Positions 37,301 through 46,258 of a stretch of DNA of 56,699 nucleotides are shown one piece after another (the first letter of the stretch is position 1; every line of letters begins with the position of its first letter). Origin of the DNA: a virus (Duplodnaviria > Caudoviricetes); IMG/VR virus record IMGVR_UViG_3300044731_000819, positions 1 to 56,699 of that record. The stretch is one strand, 5' to 3'. The translations under genes were made by a program, and so were the position numbers. The notes beneath the pieces were generated by a model that was not told the origin of the DNA, searched no databases, and was given only the letters and a program-made list of their open reading frames with translations.

Positions 37301-40300
37301 TGGCTCGTATAACCTGTGAAGAAATTTAAACCTGTAGTAAACAATGCAATATCATTTATTAATTTTGGATAAAATCCAACATTCATAATTGTGGTGTTTA
37401 CACCATTAACTTCTTGAGTTGTTTGTAATTGTATATTACGTAAGTCAGTTGCAAGCTCATCATAATTAAATTGATAACTTAATTCAGGATTGTTTGTTAT
37501 TGGGTCATATAAATTATTAACATCAATGTCTTTCCATACCTCATCTAAAAAGTCTTCACCTGTTTCAATATATGTTTTATATCTATTCCAAACTGAACCT
37601 ATTTTTAATATGTAAGCATATGGGACTTTATGTAACCCACCAAATTTTGTCATTCCCGCAAAAGTGTAATCCAATGGAATTTCAACTCCATTTTCTCTTG
37701 AACGATATTTTTCTCTTAAAGTAGTTATTGGTAAGGAATTTAACAACAAATACGCCGCTGCCTTATACGGATGAGCATCTCCCAATTGCCATTTTTCAAC
37801 ACCTTTAGATATCGCATTAACAAAATACGGTGTATTAATCATTGACGTATTTTGATTACGAGATAATCTTCCTGTGTAATTAGAATAATCTACAAATCCT
37901 TGGGTTGTAAATAATTTTCTACTATCTGTAAACTGATTGTAAAATGTTCTAAAATTAGAAATGTCAGGTTGTATCGGACCTGCCTCCGTTAAATAAAGAA
38001 AATTAGTAACCGGCTTAACTTTATCTATTGACGCAAAATTTTCATTGTTGAAATTTGCAACTAAATTTTTACTATCATATAAGAATAATGTTTTTGACGT
38101 ATTCATTATTCCCTCACTACTTGAACCAATACCATACGACATCTGACTACTAAACCAACTATTCATCGCAAATGGAAATACATCCATAAGGTTCCTTTCA
38201 TTATTTTGTGTTGATTGAAGGTATAGTGAAATTTTATCTTCAGTTACAGGTGACTCAACAGAAACTTTAGTATTAAAAGAATCAAAGTCATAGATTACAA
38301 AAGGGTTATCTGTTTTTGCCTTAATATAAGGTGTATTAAAATATCCTCTAATATAATTTTGCCAACTTTCCCCAACTCCATTATTTGAAATTCCCGCTAA
38401 GAAGTTTAAATAAACATTTGAGTTAAGATTATATTCTTTAATTTTTTGTATTAAATATGGTGAGCCTGAACCTAATGATTTTTGTAGGTTTATAAATTCA
38501 GCATCACCAACAGGCATATAAGATTGTGAGGAAATGAACGACGCTTTATTGAATCTTTGATAGTAGAATGGTAACATCATTCTTTCATACATTTCATAAA
38601 AGAATTTAACTTCTTCTTTGTTTGCAAGTATTACATTAGACAACTCATATTCAATTGCGTTGTATGATGCTCTATTAATTAATTCTAAATTATTACCAAC
38701 TATTTGCGGATTATTTGGAGGACTATCAATTTGTAATCTACCTTTTAAGTATTCCTCAACAAATTCAACTTCAGGCCAATATGCATAAATGTAACCCTTG
38801 GTTTTTGATTTAACTGAAGCATCACCAGGATATTTTAACTCAAACTTTTCACCTTTATCACTATTTGTTTCAACATAATAGTGAGGCCAAGGATATACAG
38901 GGATTAAATTACCATCAGAACCTTTTACAGAATCTTTTGAGTCTGGAGATGGAGCAGTTTTATCTTCACCAATTACTGCCTCCAATCTATACTTATTTTG
39001 TCTCTGATTCCAAGCCGCTTCGTGGACATCATCCATTAATCTTATGAAACCTTCGGTACTTGCCATAATAACCGCCAACACATTTCTGATATTTGGTTGA
39101 AACCCAAGTCCTGTATCCGTTTGACTTATTTTTTCAGATAGCGCATCATTTAATGCGTTATCAATTAATTTTTTCTTTTCGTCAATCTGAGCATATATTT
39201 TTTTAATATAAGTTTCAAAAGAATTAATATTATCCCCCTCAACAACAAATAACGGTGTTGAACTTGGAGTTATACCATATCTTTGTAATTCAATAGTCAC
39301 ATCTTTTTTTCCTCCCCCACCTTGTTGTGAATTTTGTTGCTGTAATTGGTTAGTATTATTAGTTGTACCACCATTAGTAACATTTTGTAATGTAGTTAAA
39401 AAAAGAGATTTTCCTAAATTAATGATTTGAGTATTGTATTCTGTTTGTAATTTAGCAATATCATTAGCAGTTGCAACTTTACCAGTTCTCTCCTCGTATG
39501 TTTTTTGAAAATTAACCTCATTTGGATTTTTAACCACTCTCAAAAAATCATCAATACCAATTCCTTTTGGGTTAATTCCAGTGACTATAACTTTACCATT
39601 AACTAATATAGTTCCGGGTATACCAAATGTTGGGTTTTTTAACAGAGATTCTTGATGTTTTTTTAATCTTTCTTCTAAATCTTTAACAGCTTCTAAAATT
39701 CCAGCACCAAAAGCATAATCCGCCTTAAGCTGATAAACCTTAATTTCTCTGTCTTTTAAAATCCAATAAATATTTTGGTCACAGTATTTAGTGAACCAAC
39801 TATCCCCTCCGACTCTTAACTGAACATCACTTTCATATTCTTGAACTAATTTTTTATATCGGTCAGTATCAGTTAAAGGACTTAAATCTTGTTGTCCAAA
39901 TGATTTTAAAATATAAGCCTCTAATCTACTTAACCTTTCTATCATTTCTTGAATTGTAATTTCAGGAAAATCTAATGGTATTAAATTTTTAGCTTTATAT
40001 TCAGAATAAACTTCTTTTATCTTTTGTAATCCTTTCGCTTCATTTAGTGTAGTCACTGTATTACTTGTTTGAGCAACCGCACTTGAAATTGTTGGAGTTA
40101 ACTTATATTGTTTATTATACATATATGGTGTCGCAAGAGCATGAGACATCATAATACTTGTTAATATATTATACTTGAAGGCTTGGAATTCTAAATCAAT
40201 GTCGTAGTTACCCGTAGTTGAATTGAAATTACAGTTGAACTTATTTAATGTTAATTGTAACTTAACCGCTTGACCCAAATACCCTTTTATTGTTAGATAA

Positions 40301-40863
40301 AATATCGGGTATGGGAAATTAAAAAATGTTGCATATGGTGAATTTTCACCTTTCTCAAATAATGCTCTTCCTCTGATATCAACCATCTTTATTCTGACAG
40401 TTGGTTGGTTCCAGTTATTGGTAACACTTATAGTTTGTATTCCCAATAAACCTGTATCTTTATTATTTAAAGTTTGTTGTTGGAAATAGAATTCAGTGGG
40501 TTTATCTGTTGATGATATTTTTTGTCCCGTTTCAGATGGTTGGTTTAACCCTTCTCCCTTAATACTATTCTCTCCCGTAAATTCATCATAGAACTCATTG
40601 GTTAGAGAACTACCTCCACCGGGTTTCATAAAATTAATTGACGCAATGTTAACAAGTTCCCCTGTCGCAGAACCATCAAGACCTAAAGCAAGTCTTGTTC
40701 TTGGAAATAAATTACATTCTAAATTGGCATAACATACCAAGTTTTCAGGTGGTAAAAATCTTTCACCAACATTACCCTCTTCGTCAATAGTTTTGTTTGG
40801 GTCAACAAGGATAATGTTTTCATAATCAAATTCAACTAAAATATTTTTTTCGTTACCTACCAT
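34339..40863 (-). CDS. Giant baseplate hub protein (gp27 / Mu gp44 / P2 gpD-like) with C-terminal lysozyme-like region
   Basis: 2174 aa. N-terminal LGIQTISV..PTVRIKMVDIRG..PIFYLTIKGY; C-terminal hub motif CSVTCLGNAQIQP..YF....GTYMITKVEHQISPGSFKTTF; follows the LysM/gp53-like gene. Confidence 0.7.
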   Translation of the reverse strand: MVGNEKNILVEFDYENIILVDPNKTIDEEGNVGERFLPPENLVCYANLECNLFPRTRLALGLDGSATGELVNIASINFMKPGGGSSLTNEFYDEFTGENSIKGEGLNQPSETGQKISSTDKPTEFYFQQQTLNNKDTGLLGIQTISVTNNWNQPTVRIKMVDIRGRALFEKGENSPYATFFNFPYPIFYLTIKGYLGQAVKLQLTLNKFNCNFNSTTGNYDIDLEFQAFKYNILTSIMMSHALATPYMYNKQYKLTPTISSAVAQTSNTVTTLNEAKGLQKIKEVYSEYKAKNLIPLDFPEITIQEMIERLSRLEAYILKSFGQQDLSPLTDTDRYKKLVQEYESDVQLRVGGDSWFTKYCDQNIYWILKDREIKVYQLKADYAFGAGILEAVKDLEERLKKHQESLLKNPTFGIPGTILVNGKVIVTGINPKGIGIDDFLRVVKNPNEVNFQKTYEERTGKVATANDIAKLQTEYNTQIINLGKSLFLTTLQNVTNGGTTNNTNQLQQQNSQQGGGGKKDVTIELQRYGITPSSTPLFVVEGDNINSFETYIKKIYAQIDEKKKLIDNALNDALSEKISQTDTGLGFQPNIRNVLAVIMASTEGFIRLMDDVHEAAWNQRQNKYRLEAVIGEDKTAPSPDSKDSVKGSDGNLIPVYPWPHYYVETNSDKGEKFELKYPGDASVKSKTKGYIYAYWPEVEFVEEYLKGRLQIDSPPNNPQIVGNNLELINRASYNAIEYELSNVILANKEEVKFFYEMYERMMLPFYYQRFNKASFISSQSYMPVGDAEFINLQKSLGSGSPYLIQKIKEYNLNSNVYLNFLAGISNNGVGESWQNYIRGYFNTPYIKAKTDNPFVIYDFDSFNTKVSVESPVTEDKISLYLQSTQNNERNLMDVFPFAMNSWFSSQMSYGIGSSSEGIMNTSKTLFLYDSKNLVANFNNENFASIDKVKPVTNFLYLTEAGPIQPDISNFRTFYNQFTDSRKLFTTQGFVDYSNYTGRLSRNQNTSMINTPYFVNAISKGVEKWQLGDAHPYKAAAYLLLNSLPITTLREKYRSRENGVEIPLDYTFAGMTKFGGLHKVPYAYILKIGSVWNRYKTYIETGEDFLDEVWKDIDVNNLYDPITNNPELSYQFNYDELATDLRNIQLQTTQEVNGVNTTIMNVGFYPKLINDIALFTTGLNFFTGYTSQEINQKIQEGTLSVTYMNNENSSYTLEKNYDENLPDQALTFNSWSVVYNDPNTKKSYVIPSVGSQLNQSKYDCLNKQFTKSKITIPNNPAVFNGSTRMFWAVSQYGYFDNELITKPAPNEWLKKIDNETEDQPSFRLGYQYSSIEDLFGTFSKEELDQFEQHFLNFSKSEWEFQVLKKEENVTIRQIVNRIQNTPNKQYLNFQLLFKDLFGFSGSTNTNKLNKFSENYNTQLNTFFTNFQGFMNYEKFIKIGNPSKFNKRTFYSFALSTEFFIQDPYTFGQYELNSLPTSNGTTTLAQSQTAFPETWKALQIYVGFSNTPGMVYTNSGSFITDFFVDNNVQFSEENIKILAPLIKMYATQKFNLNTYNGTNFLNDLRGYLRDTQNYMNVVLNYYLLKARNELPNVTEVTEATQKVAYEGDQMKFMLYDDFKALNDTWIAGTNYNETTLFEDFLFLDRASRDIGDKIIVNPFSLKNMFKSMNKSASTFNFVNGIIEEHNMYTMMMPQWINFYNAEEIADQVTPKVESTLEFGNTLFGTFMAVDTRKSSPKFLCLYNDTKSTYLDMGNNKDYRYKSDTFELRRASDNPLIESLQGKTDYAKSNRVVGFNVDIGIRNQNIFSTFSISTNPAKMTKEAADALDQQINQATGRKTVTQNTSLWNFYRSRSYECSVTCLGNAQIQPLMYFNLRHVPMFNGTYMITKVEHQISPGSFKTTFGGSRQSMFSIPPIDSYVQGAIREILEDVVETRKQEENAASQNSNQGIITTTTTANTIIDGSSKPITQEISNTSSDNPNCGNSIDQQFNTYNFVQASQKEEITPAILAQKLSQISNENVRWLVYYTITQANSISSTSSFKAFNYNIGKIRLDRKWGGNLSNYLKKEYYCQQSNSNTIPMASFDSYDLSIQMMASYYNNSGTNLVIPSGADLISPTIPTNVQAFIDETFLIYTKLWLSMTDDDINSFKTSQPDTWQNYQASIKTSVLGAKSSGVL

Positions 40864-41176
40864 AATAATAGAAGTGATTGTCTAACAGGGATTTATAATC
40901 CTGTAAAGAAGGTATTAATGGGAATGGAATGGTAAGTAATGCGTTATTTGGAATGTTAATTTCCAAACCTCCAAATTGTGGATTTGCCTGTAAAATTAAC
41001 CATCCAAAAAGTGGTGAATTATAAAATTCTTGTGAGATTTTATCTAACCTTGACACATTAGTCATATAGATATATCTTTTATCAGTCCCTTTAGAAGTTA
41101 ACTTTATGCCAGGAACAACAGTTTGCTTTCCATTTATTAGAAATGTTGAGTATCTATCGTATGTACTTTCAGCCAT
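40853..41176 (-). CDS. LysM-fold baseplate protein (T4 gp53 / P2 gpX-like)
   Basis: RLDKISQEFYNSPLFGWLILQANP...LLTIP pattern. Confidence 0.75.
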   Translation of the reverse strand: MAESTYDRYSTFLINGKQTVVPGIKLTSKGTDKRYIYMTNVSRLDKISQEFYNSPLFGWLILQANPQFGGLEINIPNNALLTIPFPLIPSLQDYKSLLDNHFYYYGR

Positions 41177-41179
41177 TTT

Positions 41180-44100
41180 TTAATTGAACTTGTGTTTTCC
41201 GTTAAAGGATTGTTTATCTTCGTTACTATTCCCTGTTAAATATATATTCCTTAGTTTAGTTTGTAAATCCTCACTTGGACTTGCAATCACACTATAATCA
41301 AACTTTCTTTCCAAAGTTTTATCACCTTCTATTTTTGTATATTGTTGTTCGTATTTTGTTTTCCAATCGGTAATTAAAGTATCTACGTTTTTAATGTATG
41401 GTAAAGCATATTCATAATATCTTGTTATGATATACTCAGTTAATGTTCCTTTAATAGCTTCAGGACTACTTGTGTTTTTAACTGCGGCATCTAAAAATTC
41501 TTTTTTCTTAGCATCGTCTCTAAACACAGGGTCCATCAACGTTAAAAATTTAGCGTCTGAATTTGTAAACGGGTCAGGAAACCCTAAAGTTCCGTTTATA
41601 TCAAAACTGTCCGAAGGTAATAATCCAACGTCTTTTAATGACGCATAAAATCCGTTTAAAACATTAACTAATTCTTGGTAATCATTAACTAATTGTTCGT
41701 ATGTATTTGCCGCAACCATAAATGGATTTAACAACGCCTGTGTAGTTATTGGTGTACCAGAAATATCCAAAATTTCAACAGATTGGTCAGATTTAATTTG
41801 ACCGTCGTGTTTTTCATTAACAAAATCCGCCTTTTCCATATTAACAACTAAAGCCTCCTGACTTTCACATACCCCTTGTATAATTTTAGTTATATCTGTT
41901 GTAAAATTATTTTTATAATTTTCCAAATATGTAATAATATTTTGATAAATTTTTAACCTGTCTGACCTTGAAATTCCTGTTGGTCCATTTTTAAATGCGA
42001 TTTGCCAAGATAAATCTTCTTGTTTTGTTTCTTTTATTGAGGAGTTAAACCATTCATCTAATACAATTTGTATTTGGTCAGGTTTTCCAAAAATTTCAAC
42101 ATTAACTGAGTTTTCACCTATTTTCGCAGTTCCTTTAGAATATAATCTATCTTTACCAAAAATCTGTAAAATTGTCCCATTATATGGGGTTTTGAAATCA
42201 GTAAGTCTACCGATAATTGTACTAATATAATTTTGACAAGTTGCGGATAAATTATTCATAAATTCTTTATAATTTATCGTACCTCCTGTTGATTCAGGTA
42301 AAGCCTCCCTTGTTTCTTGAACACCTATGAACGTTCCCCCATTATTTTGAACAGCATTTTGAATAATTGTAGAACCAGAAGTTTCACCTCTATCATCCAA
42401 TATCTTTTTAACCAAATCTTCATCCAATTTCTTAAATGAATCATCTGTCCATTCAGCCCTTTCATCAAATATTTCAGTATTTGCATAGTAATTAAATGAT
42501 AAAGCGTTTTGTAGAGTATCAATTGGTTCCTTTAATCCTGAACCACCAACAAAGTTGAATCCCATTTGGATTTTAGCAATCATTGGTTGGAACCCAATTC
42601 CTTCAGGATTAAAATCATATACTGGCTCATACGTAATATTAATTGAAGTCGGGATAATTCTTGTATTATAAAAATCACCAATTCTTAAAATTAATACAGG
42701 AGGAGCTCCAAATGCCGTATTAGTCGCGGCGTTATATTTTGGCTTCCCATCAGTTCCAATTGTCGGAATTGTATCACCAGGTCTTGAACATTGATTTAAG
42801 AATGTTAATCTTGAATTTAATCCTTCAGGAGTCATCGAGTGAAAAGCCGGAGTGAAGTACTTCAATTTTTGTTTAATTGAATCGTATATCATTGGGTTTT
42901 CACCTTGTATTGCGGTAAAATAATCACACTCTGACAACAAATCTCTTAAAACCTTTTTAGAAATACCGTCTTTAATTTTTTGTGTTGTAGTAATAGTTGG
43001 GGGAGTTATAATAGGATTGAATGGATTAGGAATCCTACGGCTTCCATCATATGGTACAATATCCGGTCCAGTCCCTGGAGTACCTTCACCCGGTGTCTCG
43101 CTTGGGTCTCCTCCACCAGGTTCTCCGTCTATTTCAATATTGGTAATGGCCGCTCTTCGACACCACATTGCAGGTCTTGAATAGATTTTATTGTAATTGA
43201 TACTAGTCGGTACATCCTCATCCGTACAATTAACACTTGAACTTGTTGACCCATTCTCCAAAGCTTTAACATTAACCGCTGTCTCACCTTGTGGTTCTTG
43301 TTTTATAACAATTTTTTTAGTTTCACCATTAATCCATTTATTTAAATCAGGATTTTTAGCAAGATATTGCAAAACAGAATTTATTCTTCTTTTAGATAAC
43401 CAATCATTATATGTCTTGGTTTGAGGGGCAGACGCACTACCTGCCATTGTGATTGTTATCTTATTTATTTTTGGATTTTTAGTTATTAACTCTACAATTT
43501 CTTTTTGGAAATCTTTTTCAATTTTAGCATTATACTCAATTACATTAGTAAATGTATTGGCAATTTCTTCTTTATTTGTAGCACTACCTCCATTAGCTTG
43601 GTATTGTGATTTCATACCAATATAAGCAGTGTATGTGACATCCCAAGTTTGACTTGGATTTGGATTTCCGATTTGTTTTGGTCCAGGTATATCGTTATGA
43701 AAATACCAACCTAAATTAATCCATTTATTTTTAAATTCAGGAAATCCTCCACTAGTATTAGTATTACCAGGAGTACTTGTCCCATTCCCCGCATTAGTAC
43801 CATTTGTACCTTCATTTCCGACAATTACTTTTGACGGGTCGTCTGATGTGGTAATTCCCGCCTCCCCAGCAACTTGAGCTAATTGGTCTGCATTGATTGC
43901 GGGATTTGTAATTATTTGTTGATACGTAAATAAATCTCTTGTTGGTATTGTCGTAAATCTTCTTGCCAATTCATATAAATCATACTTTAAACATCCAGCA
44001 AAGAATGAATCAACAATTGAGTTAACTCTTTCAACATTTGACTCATTTTGTAGAATTTTGTTAGTAATTGTGTTCAAAACTGATGGATGGTCAACAACCA

Positions 44101-46222
44101 TTTTCCAACTTAATGAACCTCCTCTTGATGTATTTCTATACGTGTAAATTGGTTCAGGTCTTCCTAAAATTTCAGTAGCGTCAAATCTTGGTGAAATAGT
44201 TTCACTGAAACTTAAATCATATGGTGGGAACCACATAACTCTACCTCCATTTGGACCTCTTTCACATACAGGTAAATCATCATATGTAAATCCAGGTCTG
44301 TTTGATGTTCTCCAAGCCAAATTCTCAATTGAGAACATATATTTTTTAACTTTATTATCAATAATATTTGTAGAACCCGGATTTCTTAAAGGCGCGATAT
44401 TCAAATTATATGTGTTGTCAATAATTGAATATGTAAATTTTCTTCCTGATGTTGTAATACCATCAGTCTTTTGTAAATCATTATATGTGTAGTATGGAGT
44501 GTCTTTAGCAAATACTCTACAATACTCAACCCCACCTCCGTGTTGGTTGGTCGCAGCGTCATAAGTGTAACTAACAACTCTTGAACCTTTTGTTAATTCT
44601 CTGTAACCATCGTGAAATACTTTAGATAATTGGTTGATTGCGTTACCAACGTGACCCAATCTTTCAGCACCTGCAGGTGTTGAATCCAACAATCTCTGGG
44701 TATTATCTAATATACTTCCATTTTTAAAATTAATATTTGTTGAGTTAAAACTTCCATCAAACTGACCGCTAATCTGATTAAATTCGGGGTCTTGATTTGC
44801 AGAAAAATCTCCTCCAACTTTGGCACCAAAACCAGGATTATTATAACCTTGTGATGTCCAAACAAACCCACCCGCAATACCTCCCGCATTAATTGTTGCA
44901 GTTCCATTTAAACCAAATTTAAAGTTTTGGTTTTCCCCCTCATATAACTTACCCATCGCGTCGGGTCCGATAACAGGTGATTTTACTTGTTGTCCTACTG
45001 AATTTGTCGGTAATTGTCCAGGTGGTGAAAATATATCAGAAGGTTCTGAATTATTTTGTCCAATATAAAAATCTGATACAGGTCCTTCTTCACCATCTGT
45101 TAATCTTTCAATAATTTCTAAAAGACCTCTACCAATGTTTCTTGCTAAACCTCTATTATATCTTGGTTTATATTTGTTATAATCAATGTTATTGAAAAGA
45201 GTTGACCTTTGCCCCTGTCCCGTGTTACTTAAAAATACTTGTGAATAGTTTGTACTTGTATCTAAACTTCCAAATATAGTTCTTGGGTCTCTACCACCCG
45301 CAAATGCTGAAACAATTTGATTCGCCGCAGTTGGTCTCCACTGAGCCATATCCTCATCAAAATAATCTCCAGGTATTGGCGATGCAGGGAAATATGTTCC
45401 CGATAATTTCAATAAGAAATTTGCCGCAAAATCTATTGGATTTTCGGGAACTGTAATTGAATAATTCTTTTCAATTAATGGAATTCTTCCACTTGCAACT
45501 TGAGCCAACGCAACAGGGTCACTTAACGCTTCAGATAAATTTTCTCTACCAAAAGTGTTTCTTTCTATCTCCCTATCAATCCTATATTGTAATGCGTCTT
45601 TAAGAAAAGTCGCACCCAATTGAGCTAACTGACTATCTTGAGTTATTGACCCGTCACTTCCCTGTGGATTACTATCAAATAAAATAGTATATGGAGTATA
45701 CGATGAAGGTAAAAAACTAACAGGTGTCGGATTTGCGTAAAATGAAAATGTTGGGACAAACTGTAAATTATTAATTTGTTCTAAAAATACCTCATCAAAT
45801 GAATATTTGTTTAATGCGGGTATATTTTGTTCCGCAGTTACTTGAGCGTAATTTGGCCATCCTTGTCCCACCAAACTTTGTTCAGGTAAGGAAGCGTCCA
45901 TCACATTATATTCACCAGCATTAGAGTTTTGAACTAATGGTAATGATTGTGTAATTGTTACACCATATCCACCTTCAGGACCATATTCATTAAGAACATA
46001 TAATCCATGATATTGTGGGGGAACTAAGTTTGATGGTGGGTCAGCAATTAAACTATCAGGTGAATCAATAACTGAAAAATTACTCTGAACATATTCAAAG
46101 TTTTGTTGAGCAACTGGTGGTGTATATGAACCTGCAACAGTATAAGGTTGTAGATTTCTAACAACTAAACCATTCCTAAATGTTTCAGTATTGAAAAACG
46201 ATAATGGGCTATCTATTGGCAT
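41180..46222 (-). CDS. Large baseplate / tail-tube initiator protein with inserted OmpA-like domain
   Basis: 1680 aa. Tube-initiator-like halves (FSETISPRFDATEILGRPEPIYTYRNTSR; APPVLILRIGDFY...PMIAKIQMGF) flank an OmpA-like motif (GSAS...YNDWLSKRRINSV..YL...QGE...CRRA). Confidence 0.65.
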   Translation of the reverse strand: MPIDSPLSFFNTETFRNGLVVRNLQPYTVAGSYTPPVAQQNFEYVQSNFSVIDSPDSLIADPPSNLVPPQYHGLYVLNEYGPEGGYGVTITQSLPLVQNSNAGEYNVMDASLPEQSLVGQGWPNYAQVTAEQNIPALNKYSFDEVFLEQINNLQFVPTFSFYANPTPVSFLPSSYTPYTILFDSNPQGSDGSITQDSQLAQLGATFLKDALQYRIDREIERNTFGRENLSEALSDPVALAQVASGRIPLIEKNYSITVPENPIDFAANFLLKLSGTYFPASPIPGDYFDEDMAQWRPTAANQIVSAFAGGRDPRTIFGSLDTSTNYSQVFLSNTGQGQRSTLFNNIDYNKYKPRYNRGLARNIGRGLLEIIERLTDGEEGPVSDFYIGQNNSEPSDIFSPPGQLPTNSVGQQVKSPVIGPDAMGKLYEGENQNFKFGLNGTATINAGGIAGGFVWTSQGYNNPGFGAKVGGDFSANQDPEFNQISGQFDGSFNSTNINFKNGSILDNTQRLLDSTPAGAERLGHVGNAINQLSKVFHDGYRELTKGSRVVSYTYDAATNQHGGGVEYCRVFAKDTPYYTYNDLQKTDGITTSGRKFTYSIIDNTYNLNIAPLRNPGSTNIIDNKVKKYMFSIENLAWRTSNRPGFTYDDLPVCERGPNGGRVMWFPPYDLSFSETISPRFDATEILGRPEPIYTYRNTSRGGSLSWKMVVDHPSVLNTITNKILQNESNVERVNSIVDSFFAGCLKYDLYELARRFTTIPTRDLFTYQQIITNPAINADQLAQVAGEAGITTSDDPSKVIVGNEGTNGTNAGNGTSTPGNTNTSGGFPEFKNKWINLGWYFHNDIPGPKQIGNPNPSQTWDVTYTAYIGMKSQYQANGGSATNKEEIANTFTNVIEYNAKIEKDFQKEIVELITKNPKINKITITMAGSASAPQTKTYNDWLSKRRINSVLQYLAKNPDLNKWINGETKKIVIKQEPQGETAVNVKALENGSTSSSVNCTDEDVPTSINYNKIYSRPAMWCRRAAITNIEIDGEPGGGDPSETPGEGTPGTGPDIVPYDGSRRIPNPFNPIITPPTITTTQKIKDGISKKVLRDLLSECDYFTAIQGENPMIYDSIKQKLKYFTPAFHSMTPEGLNSRLTFLNQCSRPGDTIPTIGTDGKPKYNAATNTAFGAPPVLILRIGDFYNTRIIPTSINITYEPVYDFNPEGIGFQPMIAKIQMGFNFVGGSGLKEPIDTLQNALSFNYYANTEIFDERAEWTDDSFKKLDEDLVKKILDDRGETSGSTIIQNAVQNNGGTFIGVQETREALPESTGGTINYKEFMNNLSATCQNYISTIIGRLTDFKTPYNGTILQIFGKDRLYSKGTAKIGENSVNVEIFGKPDQIQIVLDEWFNSSIKETKQEDLSWQIAFKNGPTGISRSDRLKIYQNIITYLENYKNNFTTDITKIIQGVCESQEALVVNMEKADFVNEKHDGQIKSDQSVEILDISGTPITTQALLNPFMVAANTYEQLVNDYQELVNVLNGFYASLKDVGLLPSDSFDINGTLGFPDPFTNSDAKFLTLMDPVFRDDAKKKEFLDAAVKNTSSPEAIKGTLTEYIITRYYEYALPYIKNVDTLITDWKTKYEQQYTKIEGDKTLERKFDYSVIASPSEDLQTKLRNIYLTGNSNEDKQSFNGKHKFN

Positions 46223-46258
46223 ACATTAATAAATACTAACCATATAATTTTATACAAA

